This document shows positions 9,968 to 18,967 of a stretch of DNA of 64,000 nucleotides, piece after piece. The stretch comes from Gemmatimonadota bacterium. GTDB lineage: Bacteria; Gemmatimonadota; Gemmatimonadetes; Longimicrobiales; Gaopeijiaceae. The position numbers and the translations under genes were made by a program. The DNA is taken from assembly GCA_039589315.1 (NCBI GenBank), contig JBDHHQ010000008.1, positions 1 to 64,000 of the forward strand, in the 5' to 3' direction. Positions within the stretch are counted from its first letter, which is position 1; each line of letters begins with the position of its first letter. Below the pieces are notes generated by a model. It ran no database searches, was not told the origin of the DNA, and saw nothing but the letters and a program-made list of their open reading frames with translations.

Positions 9968-10651
9968 ATGCGCTTCGCCGTTCGGCGGATCGGGCTTGCG
10001 CTGGCGCTTACGGGGGGCCTGGCGGCTCCAGGGCCGGTCGCGGCGCAGCTGGACCGGTACGACTACGAGTACCTCAGCTTCCGAGGTATCGGACTCGATC
10101 TCGGTTACATGTGGGCCAACAAGGTCGATCCGACGGTCAGCTTCGGCGGACGCGTGGACCTGGGATACGCGGGACCGGGCCTGCGGATCGTGCCTGGCCT
10201 CCGCTACTGGTCTTCGAACGTGAAGGACGCTGAGGTGGCCCAGTTCGAAGCCACGCTCCGGAGCATCCTGGAGGAGGCCAACCCCGGGCAGCCGGTGCCG
10301 GACGTGGAGCTCGGGAGCATCAAGTGGTCGGACGTGGTGCTGTCGCTGGACGGTCATTTCGTCTGGGAGATCCCCGGCGGTCTCCTCAGCTTCCTGGGGG
10401 CGGGCCTGGCGGCGCACTTCCTCAACGGCTCCGGAGAGGTGGTGAACGAGACGTTCATCGAGGATCTGTTGGACCGTGTCAGCGCCGGGTTCAACGCCCA
10501 CGCCGGGTTGGAGGTGCCCCTGTCCCGGTCGCTTCGCCTGTACAGCGCAGGCAGGTTCGAGATCCTCGATGACCTGAACTACTTCCAGCTGAACGCGGGC
10601 CTCCAATTCATGTTCGGGGGAGGAGCCGACGAAAGGGCGGAAGGCAGATGA
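9968..10651 (+). CDS. Exported outer-membrane beta-barrel-like hypothetical protein
   Basis: Signal peptide (MRFAVRRIGLALAL...AAQ), amphipathic beta strands, purine-rich RBS upstream. Confidence 0.7.
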   Translation: MRFAVRRIGLALALTGGLAAPGPVAAQLDRYDYEYLSFRGIGLDLGYMWANKVDPTVSFGGRVDLGYAGPGLRIVPGLRYWSSNVKDAEVAQFEATLRSILEEANPGQPVPDVELGSIKWSDVVLSLDGHFVWEIPGGLLSFLGAGLAAHFLNGSGEVVNETFIEDLLDRVSAGFNAHAGLEVPLSRSLRLYSAGRFEILDDLNYFQLNAGLQFMFGGGADERAEGR

Positions 10652-11670
10652 AAGGCAGCGATCGGGTGCGCGTCGGCGTCATAGGCACCGGCGCCATGAG
10701 TCAGCTGATGCACCTGCCGATCCTGTGCGAAAGGCGGGACGTCGAAGTCGTGGCGGTGGCGGATGCGGACCGCCCCAAGGCGGAGGCCATCGCGGGCCGG
10801 TTCGGGATTCCCCACGTGGTGGACGACGAAGCTCTCATCGCCAGGTCGGACGTGGAGGCCATCGTCGTCTGCACACCCAACCATCTGCACGAGGCCCAGG
10901 CAGTGGCGGGTCTCGAGGCTGGGAAGCACGTCCTGGTCGAGCGCCCGTTGGCGCTCACGGCGGCGGGCGCCCGGCGCGTCCTGGATGCTGCCGAGCGATC
11001 GGGCCGCAAGCTCAACGTGGGCCTCTATCACCGGTTCCGGCCCGACGTCTCGGCTCTTCGCGCGTTCGTCGCGGGGGGAGAGCTGGGAGAGTTGCATGCG
11101 ATCCGAGGCGTCCGGCTGAATCGGAAGGTCCCCCTGGCTCGGACCACCTGGCGTCAGCGCCCGGAGGAGGCAGGCGGCGGGGCCCTGATGGATCTCGGCG
11201 TCCAGGCTCTGGATCTCTGCCTCTGGATGGTGGGATGCCCCGAGATCGCACGGGTGACCGCCAACATGGCCGCAGGGGACTTCGAAGTCGAAGAATCCGC
11301 CACCCTCGTGGCCGAGACCCGCGAGGGGCTCTCCGTTTCCTTGGAGGTCAGCTGGAGCTACTTCGGGGACGCCGACTACCGGCGCATCCGGGTGATGGGA
11401 CATGAAGGCTCCGGGTTGCTTCCGCCCCTCTCGGTTCACAAGCAGCTGGGAGGCCGCCCTCTGGACGTCACCCCTCGCCAGCCCAAGCCACGCGGGGGCG
11501 AGGACCCGTACACCAACTCCTATCGCCGTGCCCTGGACCACTTCGTCCGGTGCATCGTCGGCCAGGCCGAGGCGCCGCTCCCGCAGGAGCAGGTGCACCT
11601 GATGGAGGTGATCGAGGCGGCCTACCGCTCCGCCCGTGAAGGTCGTGAGGTAGCGCTGGGCGACGGATGA
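10648..11670 (+). CDS. Gfo/Idh/MocA family oxidoreductase with divergent catalytic motifs
   Basis: GVIGTGAM Rossmann motif, CTPNHLH, GKHVLVERP, GGGALMDLGVQ. Confidence 0.9.
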   Translation: MKGSDRVRVGVIGTGAMSQLMHLPILCERRDVEVVAVADADRPKAEAIAGRFGIPHVVDDEALIARSDVEAIVVCTPNHLHEAQAVAGLEAGKHVLVERPLALTAAGARRVLDAAERSGRKLNVGLYHRFRPDVSALRAFVAGGELGELHAIRGVRLNRKVPLARTTWRQRPEEAGGGALMDLGVQALDLCLWMVGCPEIARVTANMAAGDFEVEESATLVAETREGLSVSLEVSWSYFGDADYRRIRVMGHEGSGLLPPLSVHKQLGGRPLDVTPRQPKPRGGEDPYTNSYRRALDHFVRCIVGQAEAPLPQEQVHLMEVIEAAYRSAREGREVALGDG

Positions 11671-13241
11671 GCCCGGGCCCAGGGCTGGCTACCCGCCCCG
11701 GGACCGGGGGCGCTGGTCGCGTCACACCGCTCGAGGCAGTCCTCCTGCCAGCCACCACCGGCCTCCTCCTGGCCGCTTCGTTCGCGCCCGTGAGCTCGCT
11801 GGCGGCTCCCTTCGTGGCTCTGACGCCACTCAGCGCGGCGGTGCAGCGGGCCGGTCGCGACGGGAGGTCGGCCGCGCGCCGTGGGCTACTGGCCGGCATC
11901 GTGGCGTGGGGCATCCTCGTCACGTGGGTGCCTTCGGCCCTGGCGCCCGTGACCCGGTTGGGCCCCATGATGTACGTCGTCGGCGTGCTCCTTCTCGCCG
12001 CGTTCACCGCGCTGTTCGCCTGGACGGCGAATCGTCTGCACCACGTCGGGCGTCTCCCCCTCTGGCTGGCCATTCCGGTGGCGTGGGCCGGGACCGAGTG
12101 GCTGCGGGCCCACCTCGGGCCGCTGTCGTTCCCATGGCTCGAGCTGGGCGTCTCGCTGGCCGACCGACCGACGCTGGCGGCCCCGGCCGAGCTGGTGGGC
12201 GGGCGCGGCCTCGGCTTCTGGCTCGCTCTGGTGGCTGCCGTCCTGGCCGAGGCACTGGCCGCGCCCCCTCGACGTCGGCGACGGATGCTGCTGGCGGCGA
12301 CCCTGGCGATCGTGGTGCCTGCAGCCTGGGGACACCTTCGTGTGCGAGGGCTCGAGCAGACCCCCGTCGCCCGGGTGGCGGTGATCCAGCCCGACCTGTC
12401 CCGCTCGGTGCGCGCCGGCCCGGGGGCGGTGGATACGGCGCTCGTCCGCCTCGGCGCTTTGAGCGTCCAGGTCCCACCGGGCACCGTCGACCTGGTGGTG
12501 TGGCCAGAGGCGGTGCTGCCGACTGATCCCACCGGTGACCGTGCTCTGGCCGAGAGGCTCTCCGACCTGGTGGACCGCATCGGATCTCCGGTCCTTCTCG
12601 GCGTCTACCTCCGGGACCCCGAGGGCGTGACCTACAACGGTGCGGTGCTCTGGGAGCCGGAGAGCGGGGACACCGGCTACCGGTACAGGAAGAGGCGGCT
12701 GGTGCCGGGCGTCGAGGCGGTGCCCTTCCTCGACCCGCATCGGCCAGGCATGGAGGGAGGGTTCCGGGCCTTTGGGCGGGGCCGTGAGGTGGGGGTCCAC
12801 CGCCTGGCCTCGGGCACGTCGTTCGCGCTGCTCGTCTGCTACGAGGCCATATTCGCTCCGGACGCTCGTCAGGGCGTGAACCGAGGTGCGGACTTCCTGG
12901 TGAACATCACCAACGACTCCTGGTTCGGCGGCGACGACGGGAGGCGGCCCACCGCGGCACTCCGACATCATCCGGCGCACCTGGTCATCCGGGCGGTCGA
13001 ATCACGGACCGGTGCGGTCCGGGCCGCCAACTCCGGTATCAGCCTGTTCCTCGAGCCGGCCGGGCGGGTGTACCAGGCGACACCCGTCTTCAGCCCGGAG
13101 GTGCGGGTGGCCACGGTCTACCGGACGGAGGGCCGGACGCTTTTCTCGCGGGTGGGCGACGTGGTAGGGTGGGGGTCGGCGATGGGCGCACTCCTCTTAC
13201 TACTGTGGAACGCTGCGCGCCGACGTCGGTCCATCGGTTGA
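11667..13241 (+). CDS. lnt: Apolipoprotein N-acyltransferase
   Basis: TM helices, FPW, WPE, YRKRRLVP, VCYE (E-K-C triad), NITNDSWF, RAANSGIS. Confidence 0.92.
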   Translation: MSPGPGLATRPGTGGAGRVTPLEAVLLPATTGLLLAASFAPVSSLAAPFVALTPLSAAVQRAGRDGRSAARRGLLAGIVAWGILVTWVPSALAPVTRLGPMMYVVGVLLLAAFTALFAWTANRLHHVGRLPLWLAIPVAWAGTEWLRAHLGPLSFPWLELGVSLADRPTLAAPAELVGGRGLGFWLALVAAVLAEALAAPPRRRRRMLLAATLAIVVPAAWGHLRVRGLEQTPVARVAVIQPDLSRSVRAGPGAVDTALVRLGALSVQVPPGTVDLVVWPEAVLPTDPTGDRALAERLSDLVDRIGSPVLLGVYLRDPEGVTYNGAVLWEPESGDTGYRYRKRRLVPGVEAVPFLDPHRPGMEGGFRAFGRGREVGVHRLASGTSFALLVCYEAIFAPDARQGVNRGADFLVNITNDSWFGGDDGRRPTAALRHHPAHLVIRAVESRTGAVRAANSGISLFLEPAGRVYQATPVFSPEVRVATVYRTEGRTLFSRVGDVVGWGSAMGALLLLLWNAARRRRSIG

Positions 13242-13266
13242 ACTGGTTGCAGCGCGCTTCTATATT
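13238..13266 (+). promoter_or_regulatory. Sigma70-type promoter of rpmE-prfA-prmC
   Basis: TTGAAC-17 nt-TATATT in an AT-rich patch. Confidence 0.75.
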
Positions 13267-13269
13267 TTC

Positions 13270-13337
13270 CCGGCTGTGGCGGGCCCGCCCCCTGCTGGGG
13301 TAACGTGGCCCGTTTTCATTTTGATGAGCGGAGCCGG
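13270..13337 (+). ncRNA. Candidate structured 5' leader of rpmE (possible L31 r-leader)
   Basis: CCGGCT/AGCCGG closing stem enclosing a CGGGCC/GGCCCG hairpin and a TTCAT/ATGAG hairpin. Confidence 0.4.
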
Positions 13338-13340
13338 ACC

Positions 13341-13553
13341 ATGAAGTCTGATATCCACCCGCATTACGGGCCAACCACTGTCGTCTGCGCCTGCGGGCAC
13401 CGGTTCGAGACACGCTCCACTTCGAGCGACGGCGAGGTTCACGTCGAGATCTGCTCCGTGTGCCACCCCTTCTATACCGGCAAGCAGAAGCTGGTGGACA
13501 CCGCCGGTCGCGTGGAGCGATTCAAGCGCAAGTACGAGAAGAGCCCGAAGTAG
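13341..13553 (+). CDS. rpmE: 50S ribosomal protein L31, zinc-binding (C+) type
   Basis: [27 protein letters not shown]. Confidence 0.97.
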   Translation: MKSDIHPHYGPTTVVCACGHRFETRSTSSDGEVHVEICSVCHPFYTGKQKLVDTAGRVERFKRKYEKSPK

Positions 13554-13634
13554 CTCCACTCCACGCGTTCGAAGGACGGCCGCGTACCCGCCCGGCCGTC
13601 CCTGCGGGTCCGTTCCCCACGCCCCCGTGTCTCG

Positions 13635-14732
13635 ATGACGGCTAGCAAGCTCGATGAGCGGCTCAGGAAGCACCTGGCAGATGCTCGGGAGCGGTTCGCC
13701 ACCATCGAGTCCGAGCTGACTCGCCCCGATGTCCTGTCCGATCCCGAGCAGCTCAGGGTCCTCGGTGTCGAGCGCGCCGAGCTGGAGGCGGTCGTGGGCG
13801 TTGCCGGGGAGCTCGAGCGGAGCCTGAGCGAGCTGGACGGGGCCAGGGAGCTGTCCGAGGACGCCGACGACGCCGAGATGGCCGAGCTGGCGAACGATGA
13901 GGTGCGCAGGCTCGAGGACGAGATCGCGGCCCTCGAGACGCGGGCCCGCAAGCTCCTCGTTCCCAAGGATCCTCTGGAGGACCGGGCGGCGGTTGTCGAG
14001 ATCCGGGCGGGCACCGGCGGGGACGAGGCTGGCCTCTTCGCCGGCGACCTCATGCGGATGTACGTGAAGATGGCGGAGCGGGCAGGGTGGAGGATCGAGC
14101 TCGTGAGCCTCTCCGAGGGGATTCCCGGGTCCGTGAAGGAGGCCATCTTCACCGTCCGGGGCAGAGGCGCCTACGGGCGGCTCCGGTTCGAGTCGGGCGT
14201 GCACCGGGTGCAGCGCGTCCCCGAGACCGAAAGCCAGGGCCGGATCCACACCTCCGCAGCCACCGTGGCGGTGCTTCCCGAGGCGGAGGAGGTGGACCTC
14301 AGGATCGATCCGTCCGACCTCAGGATCGACGTCTTCCGCTCGTCGGGACCGGGTGGGCAGTCCGTGAACACCACGGACTCGGCCGTGCGGATCACCCACA
14401 CGCCCACGGGCCTGGTGGTGAGCTGTCAGGACGAGAAGTCCCAGCACAAGAACAAGGCAAAGGCCATGAAGGTGCTCCGGAGCCGGCTCCTGGATCGGAT
14501 GATCGCGGAACAGGAGGCCGAGCGGGCCAGGGAGCGGAAGAGCCAGGTGGGCACCGGCGACCGCTCGGCGAAGATCCGGACCTACAACTTCCCGCAGGCG
14601 CGGGTGACCGACCATCGAATCGGCCTCAGCGTATACCGCCTGGACGAGATCCTGCAGGGCGACCTGGACGAGATCGTGACCGCCCTCCGGCTGGCCCAGG
14701 AGGAGGAGCGGCTCGAGGCCGCCGGGGCGTGA
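13635..14732 (+). CDS. prfA: Peptide chain release factor 1
   Basis: [33 protein letters not shown]. Confidence 0.97.
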   Translation: MTASKLDERLRKHLADARERFATIESELTRPDVLSDPEQLRVLGVERAELEAVVGVAGELERSLSELDGARELSEDADDAEMAELANDEVRRLEDEIAALETRARKLLVPKDPLEDRAAVVEIRAGTGGDEAGLFAGDLMRMYVKMAERAGWRIELVSLSEGIPGSVKEAIFTVRGRGAYGRLRFESGVHRVQRVPETESQGRIHTSAATVAVLPEAEEVDLRIDPSDLRIDVFRSSGPGGQSVNTTDSAVRITHTPTGLVVSCQDEKSQHKNKAKAMKVLRSRLLDRMIAEQEAERARERKSQVGTGDRSAKIRTYNFPQARVTDHRIGLSVYRLDEILQGDLDEIVTALRLAQEEERLEAAGA

Positions 14733-15655
14733 CGGGCTCGTCGCGCGGCACGGTTGGGGGCCCGCCGGTGCCCGAGCCGGGGCAGCCCTGGACGGTGATG
14801 GACATGGTTCGGTGGAGCGGGGCGTACCTGGCCGACAAAGGCGTGTCCTCGGGACGACTCGATGCGGAGCGTCTGCTGGCGGACGTGCTGGGCGTCGAGC
14901 GCCTGGAGCTGTACCTGCAGTTCGATCGGCCATTGACGGCCGAGGAGCTGGCGGCGTACAAGGTCCGTCTCCAGCGCCGGGCCAGGAGGGAACCGCTCCA
15001 GTATATCCTCGGCCGAACGGCGTTTCGGGAGCTGGAGCTCCTGACGGACCCCAGAGCCCTCATCCCCCGGCCCGAGACCGAGGGCCTGGTGGAATTGGTG
15101 CTCGAGCACACGCGTAGCCGGGGTGGTGGTCTGACCGCCCTCGATCTCGGCACCGGAACCGGTGCGATCGCCCTGTCATTGCTGCAGGAAGGCCCATTCG
15201 ACCGCGTCGTCGCCACCGACGTCTCCAGAGACGCCGTGGCACTGGCCCGGGCGAATGCGGAGAGATGCGGGCTCCTGGCTCGCCTCGACCTGCGCGTCGG
15301 AGACCTGTGGCAGGTGGTGGCTCGTGACGAGCGGTTCGACGTGGTGGTTTCGAATCCGCCCTATGTATCCACGGGCGAGATGGCTGAGCTCCAACCGGAG
15401 GTGGGGGCGTGGGAGCCCCGGGCTGCCCTCGAAGCGGGGGCCCTGGGTCTCGATCACATCGAAGCCCTCGTCGCTGGCGCACCCGCTCACCTTCGGCGGG
15501 GGGGGCTGTTGGCCCTCGAGGTTGGCGCCGGCCACGGGCCCGCCGCCGCCGGGCTCGCTGGCGGGGTCGAGGGGCTCGTGGACGTGCGGGTAGACCGAGA
15601 CCTCGCTGGCCGGGATCGCTACGTGTTCGCGTGGGCGGGAACGGGGGCCGGCTGA
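14729..15655 (+). CDS. prmC: Release factor glutamine methyltransferase
   Basis: [33 protein letters not shown] overlap with prfA. Confidence 0.95.
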   Translation: MTGSSRGTVGGPPVPEPGQPWTVMDMVRWSGAYLADKGVSSGRLDAERLLADVLGVERLELYLQFDRPLTAEELAAYKVRLQRRARREPLQYILGRTAFRELELLTDPRALIPRPETEGLVELVLEHTRSRGGGLTALDLGTGTGAIALSLLQEGPFDRVVATDVSRDAVALARANAERCGLLARLDLRVGDLWQVVARDERFDVVVSNPPYVSTGEMAELQPEVGAWEPRAALEAGALGLDHIEALVAGAPAHLRRGGLLALEVGAGHGPAAAGLAGGVEGLVDVRVDRDLAGRDRYVFAWAGTGAG

Positions 15656-15667
15656 CGGGGTCAACAG

Positions 15668-15697
15668 CGGAACATCGGAACACCGGAACACGGGAAC
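15668..15697 (+). repeat. Short tandem repeat, about 3.75 copies of CGGAACAC
   Basis: CGGAACAT-CGGAACAC-CGGAACAC-GGGAAC. Confidence 0.75.
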
Positions 15698-15765
15698 GGG
15701 AAGATGGCCAGACCTGTAGACGGTCGGTCGCCGTTCGCTTGCGCATCCGGAAAGGACTCGGAAAC

Positions 15766-16122
15766 ATGGCGGGACTCACGGATCTGGCCCGACAGCTGGG
15801 CCAGGGCCTCGGGCGCACGGACGAGTATCAGGCTCTTCGCCGGGCCGTCCGAGCGGCGGACGACGATCGAGCGCTCGTGGAGGCCAGGAACCGGCTCCTT
15901 GAGATCGAGGGACAGATCACGGAGCGGGTACGGGCAGGGCAGGAGCCGGGTGAGGAGCTGGCCCAGGAGTACGAGGCCATGGTGCATCGACTCCAGGCGC
16001 TGCCGGGCTACCAGCGGCTCGTGGCGTCTCAGGCCAACTTCGACAAGGTGATGGCTCGCATGAACGAGGCCATCGTCCAGGCAATGGAGGAGGCGGGGGA
16101 GAGCCGCATCGTGATCCCCTGA
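15766..16122 (+). CDS. YlbF/YmcA (Com_YlbF)-like helical protein
   Basis: 118-aa all-helical pattern (LARQLGQ..TDEYQAL...AQANFDKVMARMNEAI); AAGGA RBS. Confidence 0.7.
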   Translation: MAGLTDLARQLGQGLGRTDEYQALRRAVRAADDDRALVEARNRLLEIEGQITERVRAGQEPGEELAQEYEAMVHRLQALPGYQRLVASQANFDKVMARMNEAIVQAMEEAGESRIVIP

Positions 16123-16146
16123 TCACTCGCACGCCAGGGGGAAGCC

Positions 16147-16842
16147 GTGGCGTTCAATCTGAAGGTCCTACAACAGCCGATGTACCGGATCATCGAGCCG
16201 GTCACGAAGTGGCTCGTGCGGAATCAGGTGCATCCGAACGTGATCACCACCTTCGGGTTCGCGGCGACCGTGGCGTCTGGGTACTTCTATCACCAGGACC
16301 ACGTCCGCGTGGCCGGCTTCCTGGTCCTGTTCGGGGGCCTGTTCGACATGTTCGACGGCCGAGTCGCCCGTATCAGCGGGTTGGCTTCCAAATTCGGAGC
16401 CTTCTATGACTCGGTGCTCGATCGGATGAGCGAGGTGGCCATGTACCTGGGCCTCCTCTCGCTCTACACGAAGTACCAGAGCGGACCCATGGACCTGGTC
16501 ATGATCTACGTGATCATGCTCGCGGCCGCCGGGTCCATCATGGTCAGCTACACCCGGGCCAGGGCCGAGGGCCTCGGACTCGACTGCAGCGTGGGCCTCA
16601 TGCAGCGGCCGGAACGGGTCGTGGCCCTCGGAGCCGCGTCCCTGTTCTTCGGGCTCATGTGGGACGGGCTGGTCTTGACCGCAGTAATCGTGATCGTCGC
16701 CGTCCTCACCAACATCACGGTGGTGCAGCGGATGGTCTGGGTACACAAGAGAGCCACCGGCATTCCGCTGGATGATGTGGACACGGAGACCACGGTCCAG
16801 TCCGACATCCCGGTGGCCACCAAACCTGCGAGGAATCCGTGA
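16147..16842 (+). CDS. CDP-alcohol phosphatidyltransferase, probably phosphatidylinositol-phosphate synthase-like
   Basis: PNVIT, DMFDGRVAR..G..YDSVLD signature, SYTRARAE, RPER; coupled to ino1. Confidence 0.88.
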   Translation: MAFNLKVLQQPMYRIIEPVTKWLVRNQVHPNVITTFGFAATVASGYFYHQDHVRVAGFLVLFGGLFDMFDGRVARISGLASKFGAFYDSVLDRMSEVAMYLGLLSLYTKYQSGPMDLVMIYVIMLAAAGSIMVSYTRARAEGLGLDCSVGLMQRPERVVALGAASLFFGLMWDGLVLTAVIVIVAVLTNITVVQRMVWVHKRATGIPLDDVDTETTVQSDIPVATKPARNP

Positions 16843-18152
16843 CAGAGAACCGCGATATTCAGTCGGTCGCTGGCAAGCTCGGTGTCCTGCTCCCGGGATT
16901 CGGGGCGGTCGCCACGACCGTCGTTTCCGGTGTTGAAGCCGCCCGCCAGGGCATCGCAAAGCCGTTCGGCAGCCTGACGCAGATGAGCACCATCCGCCTG
17001 GGCAAGAGAACCGACAACCGGGCCCCCCTGATCCGGGACTTCGTGCCCATCGTCGAGCTGGACCAGCTCGTGTTCGGCACGTGGGATCCGATCCCCGACA
17101 ACGGTTATCAGTCGGCCCGCAACGCAGGTGTCCTGCGCCCCGAGCATCTGGAGCCCATCAAGGGCTTCCTCGAGGGAATCTCACCGATGCCGGCGGTGTT
17201 CGACCCGGCCTACGTGAAGAAGCTCGACGGCCCCAACAAGAAGTCGGGTGCGAACAAGCGAGAGTTGGCCGAGGCGATCCGGGAGGACATCCGCACCTTC
17301 AAGGCCGAGAACGACTGTGACCGCCTGGTCATGGTCTGGTGTGGATCGACCGAGGTGTTCCTTCGGCCCGGCGCCGCCCACGAGACGCTCGAGGCCTTCG
17401 AGGCGGCCATGGAGGCGAACGACGAGTCGATCGCTCCCAGCATGCTGTACGCATACGCCGCCATCATGGAAGGCGTCCCCTACGCCAACGGTGCGCCGAA
17501 CCTCTCGGCCGACATCCCTGCGCTGGAACAGTTGGCCGTCGACCGGGGCGTACCCATCGCCGGCAAGGACTTCAAGACCGGTCAGACCCTCATGAAGACG
17601 ATTCTGGCTCCGGGCTTCAAGACGCGCATGCTCGGGCTCAGCGGGTGGTTCAGCACGAACATCCTGGGCAACCGGGACGGAGAGGTCCTGGACGATCCGG
17701 CGAGCTTCAAGACCAAGGAGGAGTCGAAGCTCGGCGCTCTCGAGCACATCCTTCAGCCCGAGATGTACCCCGACCTCTACGGCGACATGTACCACAAGGT
17801 ACGGATCAACTACTACCCGCCACGGGGAGACAACAAGGAGGGGTGGGACAACATCGACATCTTCGGATGGATGGGCTACCACATGCAGATCAAGGTGGAT
17901 TTCCTGTGCCGGGACTCGATCCTGGCCGCGCCCATCGTCCTGGATCTGGCCATCTTCCTTGACCTCGCCGGACGTGCGGGCATGAAGGGCATCCAGGAGT
18001 GGCTCTCATTCTACTTCAAGGCGCCGCAAACGGCGCCGGGACTCTATCCCGAGCACGACATCTTCATCCAGCACTGGAAGCTGAAGAACACGCTGCGGTG
18101 GCTCATGGGTGAAGAGCAGATCACCCACCTGGGACGGGAGTACTACGACTGA
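16839..18152 (+). CDS. ino1: myo-inositol-1(3)-phosphate synthase
   Basis: GAVATT, GKDFKTGQT, NILGNRDG, YYPPRGDNK, DSILAAP. Confidence 0.95.
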   Translation: MTENRDIQSVAGKLGVLLPGFGAVATTVVSGVEAARQGIAKPFGSLTQMSTIRLGKRTDNRAPLIRDFVPIVELDQLVFGTWDPIPDNGYQSARNAGVLRPEHLEPIKGFLEGISPMPAVFDPAYVKKLDGPNKKSGANKRELAEAIREDIRTFKAENDCDRLVMVWCGSTEVFLRPGAAHETLEAFEAAMEANDESIAPSMLYAYAAIMEGVPYANGAPNLSADIPALEQLAVDRGVPIAGKDFKTGQTLMKTILAPGFKTRMLGLSGWFSTNILGNRDGEVLDDPASFKTKEESKLGALEHILQPEMYPDLYGDMYHKVRINYYPPRGDNKEGWDNIDIFGWMGYHMQIKVDFLCRDSILAAPIVLDLAIFLDLAGRAGMKGIQEWLSFYFKAPQTAPGLYPEHDIFIQHWKLKNTLRWLMGEEQITHLGREYYD

Positions 18153-18282
18153 CGTGGGGGCGCCGTCACAGCGCAGCGCGACCGCTGCACCGCCGGGCTA
18201 GCGGGGTGCCCGTGTCGTGGAGTCGCCGCCGCAGGACCCTGGCTTACCGGCGCCGTTTGACGGACGGCGCCGGCCCACCGGC

Positions 18283-18930
18283 ATGAAGCGGAGACCCTTC
18301 ATCGTCCTGGAAGGCATCGAGGGCTCGGGCAAGAGCTCCCAGATGCGCATGCTGGCCGATTGGCTGGATGATCTGGGCGTCCCGCACCTGACCACCCGCG
18401 AGCCGGGGGGCACCGCGGTGGGGGAGCGGATCCGCCAGACGGTGCTCCACGGCACCGAACTGTCGATTCCTCCGGAGTCGGAGCTCCTGCTCATCCTGGC
18501 CGCCCGCGCCGCGTTCGTGCAGGAGGTGGTGCGGCCGGCGTTGGAACGCGGTACGTGCGTGATCTCGGACCGGTTCTCCTGGTCCACCTTCGCGTATCAG
18601 GGGTACGGCCGCGGGCTGCCCCTTCCGGAGGTCCGCACGATGAACGAGTTCGCCACGGGAGGGCTGACGCCGGACCTGTATCTCGTCCTGGACGTCACGG
18701 TGGAGGAGGGTCTGGCCAGGCAGGACAGAGCGGGAAAGGTGGCCGACCGGTTCGAGGGCGAAGGCCGGGCGTTCCTCGATCGGGTGCGGGCCGGTTACCT
18801 GGCCCTGCTCGATGGAGACAGTCGGGGTCTGTCCGTGGATGGATCCGGGGAGGCCGACGAGGTACAGCGACGGATCCGCGCTCTCCTGGCCGGGCGCTTT
18901 CCCGAAACATTCTCCGCTGGTAGGGTTTAG
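18283..18930 (+). CDS. tmk: Thymidylate kinase
   Basis: FIVLEGIEGSGKS, TREPGG, DRF...AYQG. Confidence 0.95.
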   Translation: MKRRPFIVLEGIEGSGKSSQMRMLADWLDDLGVPHLTTREPGGTAVGERIRQTVLHGTELSIPPESELLLILAARAAFVQEVVRPALERGTCVISDRFSWSTFAYQGYGRGLPLPEVRTMNEFATGGLTPDLYLVLDVTVEEGLARQDRAGKVADRFEGEGRAFLDRVRAGYLALLDGDSRGLSVDGSGEADEVQRRIRALLAGRFPETFSAGRV

Positions 18931-18967
18931 GATCCGTGCATACGGTTCTTGATGGAGGTGAGATGCG

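Noticed and set aside
15668..15697. Tandem repeat considered as a CRISPR array
   Set aside because: 8-nt units without spacers and no cas genes
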